This document shows positions 18,516-29,183 of a stretch of 64,000 nt of DNA, one piece after another; within the stretch, counting starts at the first letter, position 1; every line of letters starts with the position of its first letter. The notes under the pieces were generated by a model, which worked only from the letters and a program-made list of their open reading frames with translations, did no database searches and had not been told where the DNA came from. The stretch covers positions 12,615 through 76,614 of the forward strand of contig CAMTOO010000001.1 in the NCBI GenBank assembly GCA_947074185.1. The letters run 5' to 3'. The position numbers and the translations under genes were made by a program. The stretch comes from an uncultured Negativicutes bacterium (GTDB lineage: Bacteria; Bacillota; Negativicutes; Acidaminococcales; Acidaminococcaceae).

Positions 18516-18657
18516 CTCGTTTCATTTTTTTGCGCCTTATTATACCATGTATTTTTTAAATTGTAAATAAAAAAGATATGCTATTTCAATAGCCTTCACA
18601 TATTGTTAGTTAGAGCTAACTCCTACTTTATGCTTGTTTCCGATTATTAAATCAAGG

Positions 18658-20211
18658 CTATTCGTTCTCTGAGTATATTTCAAGTCTTGCTTCAACAAGA
18701 TTATCTATAATTTCACTTGCTTTTAAACCAACCATTCCATCAGTCGCAAGATCTCCTGCTAATCCATGCAAATACACCCCAACTAATGCTGCCTCTAAGC
18801 TAGTAGAGCCTTGCCCTATTAGTCCAGCAATAACTCCGGTTAGTACATCTCCACTGCCAGCTGTTGCCATTGAAGCATTTCCAGTAGTATTAAGATAAAC
18901 ACTACCGTCTGGCGAAGCAATAACTGTTGGAGCGCCTTTTAATACTAATACTGCATTCCATTCTTTAGCAAAACGCTTTGCTAGTTCCACTCTGTTTGCA
19001 TCAACATACTCACTATCTGCATCTATAAGGCGAGCTAACTCTCCTGGATGCGGAGTTAAAACTTTTGGTGCAATCATCGTTTTCAAAACATCAATATTAT
19101 CTATCAAAGCATTTATCCCATCTGCATCTAAAACGCAAGGGGTTTCAATATTCTTTAAAATACTACGAACAACTTCTGCTGTTCCTTCTGAATCTCCTAA
19201 ACCTGGTCCAATAGCTAAAACATTTACTTTTTCAGCCATGTTCAAAACATCTATACCAGCGCTTGCCGTTAAGTTTCCTGGTGCGTTTTCCGATAAAGGG
19301 CGTACCATTACTTCGGTTAGTTTCACTGACAAAATATCTTTTACTGAAGCAGAAGTCATTAGTGTTACCAGCCCTGCACCTATTTTAACAGCGGCTTCTG
19401 AACACAAAGCTGCTGCCCCAGTATAACTAGGGCTACCTGCTACTACTGCTACTCGACCGGCATCACCTTTATGGGCATTTCCTAGACGTAGCGGCATTAA
19501 ATTTAAAACTATTTCTTCTGTTAGTAAAAATCTTTTTTCTGTATTTTGCGCAATAATATTAGCTGGAATTCCTATATCTGCAACTAAAACTTCACCTACA
19601 TAATCTACTGCAGGATATAAATATAAGCCAACCTTAGGTAGTGCCATCGTAACTGTAACATCTGCCATTACTGCGTTTTCATCTACAAAACCGGTATCTG
19701 CTTCAACTCCTGTTGGAATATCCACTGCCAAAACAATACCTTCTGCTTGGTTAATACATTTACAAAATTCGCGATATTTAGGAGTTAACTCGCCTACAAA
19801 GCCTGTACCTAAAAGCGCATCAATTATAAGATCCGCTTCTTTACAAATATTTGCTAGCATTTCAAGTTCATCGCCAGAATTTATGGTTTCTACTTGTCCA
19901 CCTGCATTTAAGAAAAATTGTAATTCCTCACTAGCAGCTCCTTGCACTTCTGTTTCTGCATTAGCAAGAAAGACAATTACTTCACTACCTCGATTTTGAA
20001 GCCATCGAGCCGCACTAAAGCCGTCCCCGCCGTTATTACCTTTGCCTGCCAAAATAATTATTTTAGCGCCTGCACAACCTTCTAAGTAGGTTTCTGCCAC
20101 ACTAGCAATAGCATGACCCGCATTTTCCATCAAAAGCACTTGAGGGATTCCAATATTTTTTTCTGTTACTTGATCCAAGTTACGCATTTCCTCTGACAAT
20201 AATACTCGCAT
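18658..20211 (-). CDS. nnr: Bifunctional NAD(P)H-hydrate repair enzyme (epimerase/dehydratase)
   Basis: 517 aa with YjeF_N (GKGNNGGDG) and a carbohydrate-kinase C-terminal domain (GSGDVLTG). Confidence 0.9.
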   Translation of the reverse strand: MRVLLSEEMRNLDQVTEKNIGIPQVLLMENAGHAIASVAETYLEGCAGAKIIILAGKGNNGGDGFSAARWLQNRGSEVIVFLANAETEVQGAASEELQFFLNAGGQVETINSGDELEMLANICKEADLIIDALLGTGFVGELTPKYREFCKCINQAEGIVLAVDIPTGVEADTGFVDENAVMADVTVTMALPKVGLYLYPAVDYVGEVLVADIGIPANIIAQNTEKRFLLTEEIVLNLMPLRLGNAHKGDAGRVAVVAGSPSYTGAAALCSEAAVKIGAGLVTLMTSASVKDILSVKLTEVMVRPLSENAPGNLTASAGIDVLNMAEKVNVLAIGPGLGDSEGTAEVVRSILKNIETPCVLDADGINALIDNIDVLKTMIAPKVLTPHPGELARLIDADSEYVDANRVELAKRFAKEWNAVLVLKGAPTVIASPDGSVYLNTTGNASMATAGSGDVLTGVIAGLIGQGSTSLEAALVGVYLHGLAGDLATDGMVGLKASEIIDNLVEARLEIYSENE

Positions 20212-20213
20212 AC

Positions 20214-20585
20214 TTATACCTCCAGTATAACTTGAGCTATGGCAAATTCCTTTGTGTGACTTAATGATACAAAAACTTTATTTATGCCTTTTTCTGTTGC
20301 CAAGTCTTTAAAAAAACCTGTTAAAACAATCTCTGGCTTTCCTAATTCATCATTTATTATTTCTATATCTTGCAAGGTTCCTTCTCTTAAACCTGTTCCT
20401 ATCGCTTTTAGAAATGCTTCTTTTGCAGCAAATCTCGCCGCATAACTTTCTACTTTAACTTTATCGTCATGTGTACAGTAAGCTATTTCTTTTGCTGTAT
20501 AAACACGTTCCTTAAAACCTTGCTTTTCAAGAGCTTTTTCTATGCGACCTACTGCTACAATATCGCAACCAATGCCAAAAATCAT
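20214..20585 (-). CDS. acpS: Holo-ACP synthase
   Basis: 123 aa with GIGCDIV and FAAKEAFLKA. Confidence 0.92.
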   Translation of the reverse strand: MIFGIGCDIVAVGRIEKALEKQGFKERVYTAKEIAYCTHDDKVKVESYAARFAAKEAFLKAIGTGLREGTLQDIEIINDELGKPEIVLTGFFKDLATEKGINKVFVSLSHTKEFAIAQVILEV

Positions 20586-20600
20586 AGTATCCTCACATTC

Positions 20601-21047
20601 TTATTGCTCTTTAATAAAGTTCTTTTCTACCAAAAATGCTGCTAAAAATGCTCCAATTTTATTAACTAACTTAATGCAATTAATCATATGTTCACGTGTA
20701 TTAAATTCATATGGCATTAAGTCTCCACAAGAGGATGAGCCAAACTCAGCCACAAATCTATCATGAAATTCTTTACTAACTGGATAAATTTCTTTAAGAG
20801 ATTTTTCCTCTGGATTGTTACGTCCATTCACTGCACTAATAACCATGATGCAAGCTGCAAGAGCACCACAAAGATCTCTAGCATGCCCCATACCACCACC
20901 AAAACCTGAACATAGACGATACGCATTATCATCTATTTTGATTTCTGTATTAGTTCTGAATGCCTGAACAATAGCTTCCGCACAATTGTTACCTGCTTTA
21001 AAACAATTACCAACTTCTGCGCCCATACGTTCCGTAAATTCACTCAT
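20601..21047 (-). CDS. C_GCAxxG_C_C family redox protein
   Basis: CFKAGNNCAEA..GGGMG..LCGALAA pattern. Confidence 0.7.
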   Translation of the reverse strand: MSEFTERMGAEVGNCFKAGNNCAEAIVQAFRTNTEIKIDDNAYRLCSGFGGGMGHARDLCGALAACIMVISAVNGRNNPEEKSLKEIYPVSKEFHDRFVAEFGSSSCGDLMPYEFNTREHMINCIKLVNKIGAFLAAFLVEKNFIKEQ

Positions 21048-21084
21048 GATGATTCCTCCTCTTAATAATTTATTTTATCTTACC

Positions 21085-22791
21085 TTACTTTTTATCTTTA
21101 TCACTTTCTGTTTCATAAGGCCATGCACTCATTCCGCCTTCAAGACTATACACGTTTTTATAACCTAAGCCTTTTAGCATCACTGCTGCCTCGTAACCAC
21201 GTAAATTAATTTGACAAGATGTTACTAAATAAGCATTTTTATCTAGCAAACTTTCTTCTGCAGTACTTCTTACTTGATTTAGCGGAAGATTAATGATATT
21301 ACCACAACCAGCAATACGATTAGCTGCGAACTCGCCTGGAGTTCTTACATCAACTAAGGTATAACGTGGATCTGTTTTGTATTTTTGGAAATCTTTTGGA
21401 TTTATGCCTTTTAACATGCCATTCATTTTATTCAAGAGCACATTAGCTGCTGTTGCAATATTATCAATAGGTCCGTTAAACGGCGGTGCATATCCATAAT
21501 CCATATTGCTTAAATCTTCAAGTATGCCATGATAATTTATTACAGTTGCTATTGCATCAATACGTTTATCTACTCCGCCCATACCAATTGCTTGAGCACC
21601 AAGAATTCTGTGTGAGCCTTCTTCTGCGATAAGTTTCAAGATGATTGGTTTTGCCCCTGGCATATAACCTAAACGATCTGAACCTGGTACAACAACAGTT
21701 GTAAATTTAAAACCTTGTGCTGCCGCAGTTGTTTCGTTTAGACCTGTAGACCCCACTTGCCAATCCATAATCTGACAGATACTAGTAGTTAGTACCCCAG
21801 GATAAATTTCTCTTTGTCCTGCAATATTATTAGCGATTACTCTGCCGTGTTTATTTGCAGTAGATCCCATTGGAGCATATACTTTCCAGCTACCTACAAG
21901 ATGATTATTTTCTACACAGTCACCACCTGCATAAATAGTTGAGTCAGAAGTTCTTAAGTATTTATCTACTACAATAGCGCCTGTCTCACCGATTTTAAGA
22001 CCTGCTTTTTCAGCAAGTTCTACATTTGGTTTAACGCCAACTGCAACGATAACTAGTTGTGCAGATATTACACCTTTATTTGTTCTAACTCCAGAAACCT
22101 TATCCGTACCTTCAAAAGCTGATACTACTTCTCCTAAATGGAATTCGATTCCTTTTTTAGTTAAAGATTTTTTAAGGTGATCCCCTAATTCTTTATCTAA
22201 CATTTGAGGTAAAATTCTATCTTTCATTTCAACTACTTTTACTTTGATTCCTTTTTTGTGGAAAGCTTCTGCAAGTTCCATACCAATAAGCCCTGCACCA
22301 ACAATAGCAACTTCTTTTACATTAAGAGCTTTTATTTCCTCTTCTACTTGCAACACTTCCCATGGGAACCAGAAGTTATAAATACCTCTTAGTTCATTTC
22401 CTGAAACAGGGAGTTTAATAGGGGTTGCGCCTGTTGCTAAAACAAGTATATCGTATGGAATATATTCTTCTACTTCTCGTTCAAGGTCATATGCTACAAC
22501 TGCTTTTTCATCTCTATTGATTGATAAAACTTCTCTTCTTAATAAAATGTCGAATCCTTTTACCTCTTCAAAAAACTCTGGCCCTCTTAATACTCCTTGA
22601 GGAGTATGGGTAAATGCAGTAAAGTCTTTAACATCTTCACCTATATAATATGGGAAACCGCAAGCGCCGTAGCTTACTTGAAAACCACGTTCTAATACAA
22701 GAATTTTTGCCTTAGGATCCACTCTTCTTAATCTTGAAGCAACTTTCATACCTACTGCTACGCCACCAATTATCAATACTCTTTTACTCAC
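21085..22791 (-). CDS. CoA-disulfide reductase-like FAD oxidoreductase with C-terminal rhodanese domain
   Basis: GGVAVG dinucleotide fold, redox Cys in SYGACGFPYYIG, and rhodanese CQINLRG near the C-terminus. Confidence 0.8.
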   Translation of the reverse strand: MSKRVLIIGGVAVGMKVASRLRRVDPKAKILVLERGFQVSYGACGFPYYIGEDVKDFTAFTHTPQGVLRGPEFFEEVKGFDILLRREVLSINRDEKAVVAYDLEREVEEYIPYDILVLATGATPIKLPVSGNELRGIYNFWFPWEVLQVEEEIKALNVKEVAIVGAGLIGMELAEAFHKKGIKVKVVEMKDRILPQMLDKELGDHLKKSLTKKGIEFHLGEVVSAFEGTDKVSGVRTNKGVISAQLVIVAVGVKPNVELAEKAGLKIGETGAIVVDKYLRTSDSTIYAGGDCVENNHLVGSWKVYAPMGSTANKHGRVIANNIAGQREIYPGVLTTSICQIMDWQVGSTGLNETTAAAQGFKFTTVVVPGSDRLGYMPGAKPIILKLIAEEGSHRILGAQAIGMGGVDKRIDAIATVINYHGILEDLSNMDYGYAPPFNGPIDNIATAANVLLNKMNGMLKGINPKDFQKYKTDPRYTLVDVRTPGEFAANRIAGCGNIINLPLNQVRSTAEESLLDKNAYLVTSCQINLRGYEAAVMLKGLGYKNVYSLEGGMSAWPYETESDKDKK

Positions 22792-22898
22792 GATTCATTT
22801 CCCCCTTAATAAATTTTCTTGTTTCATATACAATTATTATATCACAAAATCAGCGTAAAATAAAAGCAGAAGTAGGTTTCCCTACTCCTGCTTTTCAG

Positions 22899-25439
22899 TT
22901 ATTTTACAACGATATTTCCTTTTTCAAAATCAATCTTAACTGTGCTGCCATTTTTTATTTCCCCGGCAACAATTTTTTTACTCAAAATATTTTCTACAGT
23001 ATGTACAATAAGGCGTTTCAATGGACGCGCACCAAACACAGGATCAAATCCAGTTTCTGCTAAGTGATCTACTGCGGCATCTGTATACTCAAGTTTAATT
23101 TCAAGTTGTTTAGTAAGTCTTGCACCAAGTTCATTAAGAACAATTTTAACAATATCTTTGATTTGATCAGCTGCAAGAGCTTTAAATACTACGATATCAT
23201 CAATACGGTTCAAGAACTCTGGTCTAAAGAAGCCCATTAACATTTTAGTGATTTCTTCTCTTGGAAGTTCACCTTTACTTTCCATGATTTCTTTAGAGCC
23301 TAAGTTGCTAGTCATAATAATTAAAGTATTTTTAAAATCTACATTACGACCTTGACCATCAGTTAAGTGACCGTCATCTAATACTTGTAAAAGAGTGTTA
23401 AATACATCTGCATGCGCTTTTTCAATTTCATCAAAAAGTACTACAGAATACGGATGACGACGTACTGCTTCTGTTAATTGACCACCTTCATCATAACCTA
23501 CATAACCTGGAGGTGCACCAATAAGTCTAGATACAGTATGTTTTTCCATGTATTCACTCATATCGATACGAATCATATTGCGTTCATCATCGAAAAGAAC
23601 TTCTGCTAAAGTTTTTGCAAGTTCAGTTTTACCTACACCAGTCGGACCAAGGAAGATAAATGAACCAATTGGTTTATTTGGATCTTTGATACCTGCACGT
23701 GCGCGAACAACTGCTTCTGCAACAGATTTAACAGCTTCATCTTGACCAATAACACGTTTGTGCAAGATATCTTCAAGTTGCATAAGTTTTTCTCTTTCGC
23801 CTGAACCAAGACGTTGAACAGGAATACCAGTCCAAGTACTTACTACTTTAGCAATATCATCTTCGTCAACTTCTTCTTTCAAAAGAACTTCTCCATCTGG
23901 AGATTCATTGCCTTCTTCCATATTTTCAAGTTCTTTTTCAAGTTCTGGAAGACGACCATATTTTAATTCTGCAAGTCTATTAAGATCGTAATCTCTTTCT
24001 GCTGCTTCCATTTCTTGTTTTACAGCATCGATTTCTTTCTTAACTTCACGAACTCTAGTGATAGATGCTTTTTCTGCATCCCAACGTTTTACAAGTTCGT
24101 CATTTGCAGCACGCAATTCTTTAAGTTCTTCTTCAAGTTTTTCTAAACGATCTTTAGATTGAGCATCGTCTTCTTTCTTTAATGCTTGTGCTTCAATTTC
24201 TAATTGTAAGATACGACGTTTACTTTCATCAAGTTCTGTTGGTAAGGAGTCAATTTCAGTACGTAATCTTGCTGCCGCTTCATCCATTAAATCAATTGCT
24301 TTATCTGGTAAGAAACGGTCATTGATATATCTGTTAGAAAGTACTGCTGCAGCTACAAGAGCAGCATCTTTAATTCTTACACCATGATGAACTTCATAAC
24401 GTTCTTTTAAACCACGTAAGATAGAAATAGTATCTTCTACATCTGGTTCTTTAACTAATACTGGTTGGAAACGTCTTTCTAAGGCACTATCTTTTTCAAT
24501 ATACTTACGATATTCATTTAAAGTAGTTGCACCAATACAACGCAACTCACCTCTTGCAAGCATAGGTTTTAAAATATTACCTGCATCCATAGCACCTTCT
24601 GCAGCACCTGCTCCTACAACGGTATGGATTTCATCAATAAACATAATGATTTGTCCTGCACTATCAGCGATTGCCTTTAAAACTTTTTTAAGTCTTTCTT
24701 CAAATTCGCCTCTAAATTTAGCACCTGCAACTAATGCTGCCAAATCTAGTGCATAAACGGTTTTATTTTTCAAACCTTCTGGTACATCCCCTGCTACAAT
24801 ACGTCTTGCTAAACCTTCAGCAATTGCTGTTTTGCCAACACCTGGTTCACCAATAAGAACTGGATTGTTCTTTTTACGACGTGAGAGGATTTCAATAGTG
24901 CGACGAATTTCTTCATCTCTACCAATTACTGGATCAAGCTTACCTTCTCTTGCTTTAGCAGTTAAATCTTGACCATATTTTTCTAAAGTTTTCTTGCTTT
25001 CATCATCAGCAGCTGAGCCTACATAATGCATATATAAGCCTTCTGCTTTTTTCTTATCAATATCATATTTTTTAAATAAATCAACTACATCAGTATCCCC
25101 GTCATTAACTAAGCGAGCTACTAAGTGTCCAATATTGATTTCGTCATTACCAGCATCCTGCGCCATTAACGCATTAAGTCTAGCAAATCCTGTACTCATC
25201 ACAAGTTGTCTATCTTGTCCTTTTACAGAAGAAAGTTTACTCATGATTGCTTTTGCATCAGCTGCAAATTTGTTTTCATCAATTTTTAATGAGGATAAAA
25301 GAAATTTAAAGAAACCATCACTACTACATAAAGCCACTGCCACATGAGCACATGTAAGTTCTTGGTTGTAATTCATAACAGCCTGTTGTTGTGCGGCTTC
25401 TAATACACTTTTTACCTCTTCGCTATATCTTTCTTGCAT
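22899..25439 (-). CDS. clpB: ATP-dependent chaperone ClpB
   Basis: Two AAA modules (GEPGVGKT and GPTGVGKT) and a long coiled-coil middle domain. Start set at ATG 25439 (MQERYSEEV) with GGAGGTG upstream. The ORF-track N-terminal extension lacks an RBS. Confidence 0.95.
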   Translation of the reverse strand: MQERYSEEVKSVLEAAQQQAVMNYNQELTCAHVAVALCSSDGFFKFLLSSLKIDENKFAADAKAIMSKLSSVKGQDRQLVMSTGFARLNALMAQDAGNDEINIGHLVARLVNDGDTDVVDLFKKYDIDKKKAEGLYMHYVGSAADDESKKTLEKYGQDLTAKAREGKLDPVIGRDEEIRRTIEILSRRKKNNPVLIGEPGVGKTAIAEGLARRIVAGDVPEGLKNKTVYALDLAALVAGAKFRGEFEERLKKVLKAIADSAGQIIMFIDEIHTVVGAGAAEGAMDAGNILKPMLARGELRCIGATTLNEYRKYIEKDSALERRFQPVLVKEPDVEDTISILRGLKERYEVHHGVRIKDAALVAAAVLSNRYINDRFLPDKAIDLMDEAAARLRTEIDSLPTELDESKRRILQLEIEAQALKKEDDAQSKDRLEKLEEELKELRAANDELVKRWDAEKASITRVREVKKEIDAVKQEMEAAERDYDLNRLAELKYGRLPELEKELENMEEGNESPDGEVLLKEEVDEDDIAKVVSTWTGIPVQRLGSGEREKLMQLEDILHKRVIGQDEAVKSVAEAVVRARAGIKDPNKPIGSFIFLGPTGVGKTELAKTLAEVLFDDERNMIRIDMSEYMEKHTVSRLIGAPPGYVGYDEGGQLTEAVRRHPYSVVLFDEIEKAHADVFNTLLQVLDDGHLTDGQGRNVDFKNTLIIMTSNLGSKEIMESKGELPREEITKMLMGFFRPEFLNRIDDIVVFKALAADQIKDIVKIVLNELGARLTKQLEIKLEYTDAAVDHLAETGFDPVFGARPLKRLIVHTVENILSKKIVAGEIKNGSTVKIDFEKGNIVVK

Positions 25440-25562
25440 AATAACACCTCCGAAAATATCTATCTTTTTTATATAGTAACACAAGGAAATATGTGTTCTA
25501 TGGCGAATTATTATATATTAGGGTATTTAATTACCCAAACTAAATTTAGTGAGGAAATATTT

Positions 25563-26624
25563 ATGAAAACATCTATGATTGTCTACCGTTTTTTTGACGT
25601 CGCCGATGAAATCAATCTTGACTTAGTACAAGCCCTTTGGACCAGTCGCAACAAAATTGCTTCTCGTTTACGTCTTGATCGAGTTTCAACTAAGTCTATT
25701 ACATTTAAAGATCCTCCTGTTCTTGTAGAACTTGGCTCTCACGAAATTGAAATTGCTGGAAAATCCTACTTTGTAGAAATTAAAGCACGTATTTTCGATT
25801 TTGGAGTTATCAGTCTTATTTTAAATGTATGCTTTGAAGAAAACGTTACTAAAGAAGAATATCTTGATATGGTTATGGCCACAGAAGATATGCCTGAAGA
25901 GCTTATTCACGAATTCTTAAATGCTGTTATCGAAACTATCGAACCTGCATGTGCTAATAAAAGAATTTCCGACTATGAAGAAGATTTCGTTGTTTATTAC
26001 TTCGAAGATCCTATTCCGGAAGACTGGGATATTGTTCCATTCTTACTTAAAGAACGAGCTGCTGTAAACGAACAAACTCGTGCTACAGCGCTTGAAAACA
26101 AATTCTCTTATGCTGATGATATTACATATCTAGCTTGGGACTCTGCTGTAGTTTATGATTCTACAAGCAACATGGATGTTCCTGACCTTCTAGAATTTGC
26201 TAATGCTCAATTTTTAGAACTTTGTTATTACGATAACTTACTTAATGAAGCAATCGATAAAAGTTATGATGAAATTGAAGAAGCAAGTTCTCAAAGCAGA
26301 ACAACCCGTCTTGAACGCTATCGTATTATCCGTAGCAATCTCATGGAAACCATGGCAGACGTTAGTACCTTAACTAGTAATATCACCAATGCACTTCAAG
26401 TTACTGAAGACATTTTTTATGCTAAAATTTATACTCGCTACTTATCCCTATCAAAAGCTTCCGTTTGGCAAAATAACATTGACAAGAAGCTTCAAGTTTT
26501 ACAACGTAGTTACAATCTTTTAAACGAAGAAGTTGCAACTTATCGTTTAGAAAAGCTTATGTGGTATATCGTAACCTTGCTAATCTTAGCAATCATCCTT
26601 ATTACATTTTTAGTTTTTAAATAA
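25563..26624 (+). CDS. RMD1/DUF155-like protein with C-terminal TM helix
   Basis: Start at ATG 25563 (MKTSMIVYRFFDV), with GAGGAA upstream. The family call rests on general similarity only. Confidence 0.5.
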   Translation: MKTSMIVYRFFDVADEINLDLVQALWTSRNKIASRLRLDRVSTKSITFKDPPVLVELGSHEIEIAGKSYFVEIKARIFDFGVISLILNVCFEENVTKEEYLDMVMATEDMPEELIHEFLNAVIETIEPACANKRISDYEEDFVVYYFEDPIPEDWDIVPFLLKERAAVNEQTRATALENKFSYADDITYLAWDSAVVYDSTSNMDVPDLLEFANAQFLELCYYDNLLNEAIDKSYDEIEEASSQSRTTRLERYRIIRSNLMETMADVSTLTSNITNALQVTEDIFYAKIYTRYLSLSKASVWQNNIDKKLQVLQRSYNLLNEEVATYRLEKLMWYIVTLLILAIILITFLVFK

Positions 26625-26628
26625 TTTA

Positions 26629-26656
26629 TTGGGAGTATTTACTGCTCCCAATTTTT
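26629..26656 (+). terminator. Terminator after the DUF155 gene
   Basis: TTGGGAG-loop-CTCCCAA followed by TTTTT. Confidence 0.6.
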
Positions 26657-26670
26657 ATTATATCACTAAA

Positions 26671-26777
26671 AGTCAAAAAGTCAAACTTTTTTTTGATAGT
26701 CAAATTATAATTGACAAAATAGCACCTCTATGCAAAACTATACCTACATAAAAAATCAAAAGTCAAAGAAGGTCAAA
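26671..26777 (+). promoter_or_regulatory. Array of (A/G)GTCAAA heptads upstream of lrgA, including a CtsR-consensus-like pair
   Basis: AGTCAAA occurs at 26671, 26679, 26698 and 26761, and GGTCAAA at 26771. The pair AGTCAAA-GAA-GGTCAAA (26761..26777) fits (A/G)GTCAAA-NAN-(A/G)GTCAAA. GTCAA-N7-TTGAC lies at 26699..26715. Confidence 0.5.
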
Positions 26778-26780
26778 CTA

Positions 26781-27152
26781 ATGAGTCCAAATTTGTTACT
26801 CAAAGGCATTGCTATTATTTTAGCTATCCAATGGGTTTCTGTAACAACTTTAAATATGCTTGGTTCAAAATTCCCTGCACCTTTATTAGGAATGATAGTT
26901 TTTTCTATACTCTTATATACAAAAGTCATTTCTAAGGAAAGTGTTAATTCTATTTGCCTTGTCCTTATAGAAAAAATGGGAATGCTTTTCTTGCCTGCAT
27001 CTGTAGGTATCATTCTTTATTTACAAATAATTAAGGATGAAAGCATTGCTATTTTTGCAACCATCATCATTAGTAGTTTAGTTGTCTTATTAACTACAGC
27101 TGCTTTCTTGGAGTTTGCCTTAGGGCGTCGCAATAAGAAAGGAGGAGAATAA
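26781..27152 (+). CDS. lrgA: CidA/LrgA family holin-like protein
   Basis: Small protein with 4 TM helices. Start at ATG 26781, with AAGAAGG 8 nt upstream. Confidence 0.85.
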   Translation: MSPNLLLKGIAIILAIQWVSVTTLNMLGSKFPAPLLGMIVFSILLYTKVISKESVNSICLVLIEKMGMLFLPASVGIILYLQIIKDESIAIFATIIISSLVVLLTTAAFLEFALGRRNKKGGE

Positions 27153-27868
27153 TGTTTTTTCCAGATATTCTAATTAACTCTCCTCTTTTTGGTATAGCTC
27201 TCACTATTGTTGCTTATAGCTTTAGTGAATTTTTAATTAGTCGCTTTGAAATTAATGGCTTGCCGCCTCTAATTCCTTCGACTTTGATGTGTATGGCTGT
27301 ACTTTTACTACATCCAAACATTACTTATGATCAGTATTTTAATGGTGCAGTCTTTATTCATTTTCTTTTAGGTCCTGCCACTATTGCACTCGCTCTACCT
27401 TTAATAGAAAATATTAAAACTTTAAAAGAAAATTTATCTATTATTGTTTCTGGGATTATTGTTGCAACCTTAGCCGGCGTTACTTCCATCTATGTATGCA
27501 GCAAAATCTTCGGTGCTAGCCCAGATGTGCTTTTATCCTTAATACCAAAATCCGTAACTACACCTATTGCCATGGAAATATCTGCTGCTATTGGTGGCAT
27601 TCCAGCACTTACTGTTGCTTGCGTAATCTTTACTGGTATGCTGGGTGCATCTATTAATCATAAAGTTCTCGCCTTATTTGGAATCAAAAATGATATTGCT
27701 ATCGGTCTTGCTATTGGTGCCTCAAGTCATGGACTCGGAACAAGTGCTTGTGCAAATAAATCACCTTTGCAATTAGCAATTGCTGGTGTGTCAATCGCCT
27801 TAACTGGTATCTCTACTTCGATTATCGCACCTCTTTTATTACCTATATTAGAAAAAATTATGCCATAA
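27152..27868 (+). CDS. lrgB: CidB/LrgB family protein
   Basis: Polytopic membrane protein. Its start overlaps the lrgA stop. Confidence 0.88.
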   Translation: MFFPDILINSPLFGIALTIVAYSFSEFLISRFEINGLPPLIPSTLMCMAVLLLHPNITYDQYFNGAVFIHFLLGPATIALALPLIENIKTLKENLSIIVSGIIVATLAGVTSIYVCSKIFGASPDVLLSLIPKSVTTPIAMEISAAIGGIPALTVACVIFTGMLGASINHKVLALFGIKNDIAIGLAIGASSHGLGTSACANKSPLQLAIAGVSIALTGISTSIIAPLLLPILEKIMP

Positions 27869-27908
27869 AAAAAGAACTATTGCTTAATACGCAATAGTTC
27901 TTTTTGTT
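27867..27908. terminator. Bidirectional terminator
   Basis: AAAGAACTATTGC-loop-GCAATAGTTCTTT flanked by A- and T-runs, between convergent genes. Confidence 0.75.
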
Positions 27909-29171
27909 TTAGACCCAACCTGTTACTGCATTCCACGAAGATGACCAGATATCTTTCATCCACTCCCATGCAGAGCTCATTCCATTTGTTATTGATTCAT
28001 ATACGCTAGCAAAGAAACCTTTTTCTTCGCTAGTATTTTTTATTTCTTCTTCCTCGTCAATTTGTTCTAACGCACTAGTTACATCTTCGATATTTAAAAC
28101 ACTAAGTACTGTCCCACCTAAAAACCCTTCGAATTCGCTAATGATTTTAGCATGAACTTTAATATCAAAGGTATCATTTAAGCTATTGCCGATTTTGCTT
28201 CCGATTTTTTCACCAAGGTACGCACCGATTAAAGCACCATTTATTGTTATACTACCTAAACTTATGCCTCCAGTAGCACCATCAAGAGCACCACCAGCAG
28301 CTGTTCCTGCTGCCGCGCCAGCAATAAATCCTATCTGTTTAAAATCAAAACCTGATAAAAGTCCTACCAAGGATGCGGTTGCAGTATCTGCTAGAACAGC
28401 AGCTCCTTCTTTGCCACTAATATCGCCATTTTTTACTCTTAAAACTGTTTTTGCTTCATTCATTGCATTAATTGCGATAACTGTTAGTTGTTTAGGTGCT
28501 ACTGTATTTACAATAGCAACTTCACTTTGAGATGCAGCAATTACTAAAGAAACTGCTAATGCTGCTTTAAGTCCATCATCAGAACCTTGCAATAAATCAT
28601 TACGTAAAACTTCAGCTTCTTTAGAAGTTAAGATGCTTCCGCTCCAAGATTTCCCTGCTATACTAAACCCTTCTGTTCTTCCCTTAGGTTTAAAATTAGT
28701 CACATCGCTACCAGTTATTTCAATAGCTTTTGTTACATAAGTTTTTAACTTCTTATCTAACCAACTACTTTTACTTTCACCAGAAGCAACTGCTTCTTGT
28801 AAAGATTTTTCTTGTTCTTTACTTGATTTAATAGTATCAACTATTTCTTGGGCAATTTCTATTTTTCTAGCATCTGAAACACTAAAAATATTGTTTTGCA
28901 CCTTCTCAAGAACCCAAGCGTTAACCGACATTTTATCTTTATTAGTATTATAGTCAATCAAATTAGCTGCAATTAGCTGCTGAATTTTACTAGCATCTGT
29001 TGCACTCATAACATCCGACAGAGAATTTACTGTTTTTCTCTCTGGAATACTTGTAAAGATAGATCCTTTTTCAGTTGTAGTAGTTGCTGGCTCTTCTGCT
29101 GCTAAAACTTGAGAGCAAAAACTCATACAAAGCATAACAACAAGAAAAAACTTTTTCATAACTAGTACCAT
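27909..29171 (-). CDS. Secreted hypothetical protein with C-terminal glycine-zipper and Trp-rich segments
   Basis: Signal peptide MKKFFLVVMLCMSFCSQVLAAEE. Contains GFIAGAAAGTAAGGALDGATGG..INGALIGAYLGEKIGSKIG and the tail SSAWEWMKDIWSSSWNAVTGWV. The start could instead be 29159. Confidence 0.6.
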   Translation of the reverse strand: MVLVMKKFFLVVMLCMSFCSQVLAAEEPATTTTEKGSIFTSIPERKTVNSLSDVMSATDASKIQQLIAANLIDYNTNKDKMSVNAWVLEKVQNNIFSVSDARKIEIAQEIVDTIKSSKEQEKSLQEAVASGESKSSWLDKKLKTYVTKAIEITGSDVTNFKPKGRTEGFSIAGKSWSGSILTSKEAEVLRNDLLQGSDDGLKAALAVSLVIAASQSEVAIVNTVAPKQLTVIAINAMNEAKTVLRVKNGDISGKEGAAVLADTATASLVGLLSGFDFKQIGFIAGAAAGTAAGGALDGATGGISLGSITINGALIGAYLGEKIGSKIGNSLNDTFDIKVHAKIISEFEGFLGGTVLSVLNIEDVTSALEQIDEEEEIKNTSEEKGFFASVYESITNGMSSAWEWMKDIWSSSWNAVTGWV

Positions 29172-29183
29172 CTTTCTATTAAT

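Noticed and set aside
25440-25562. N-terminal extensions of clpB (to 25484) and of the DUF155 gene (from 25434) that would overlap each other
   Set aside because: Both extensions lack an RBS and encode atypical peptides. Internal ATGs at 25439 and 25563 each have strong SD sequences and family-typical N-termini.
26730-26780. Longer lrgA start at 26730
   Set aside because: There is no SD upstream of it. It would add a Lys-rich peptide (KNQKSKKVKL) encoded by the GTCAAA heptads, whereas ATG 26781 has AAGAAGG at 8-nt spacing.
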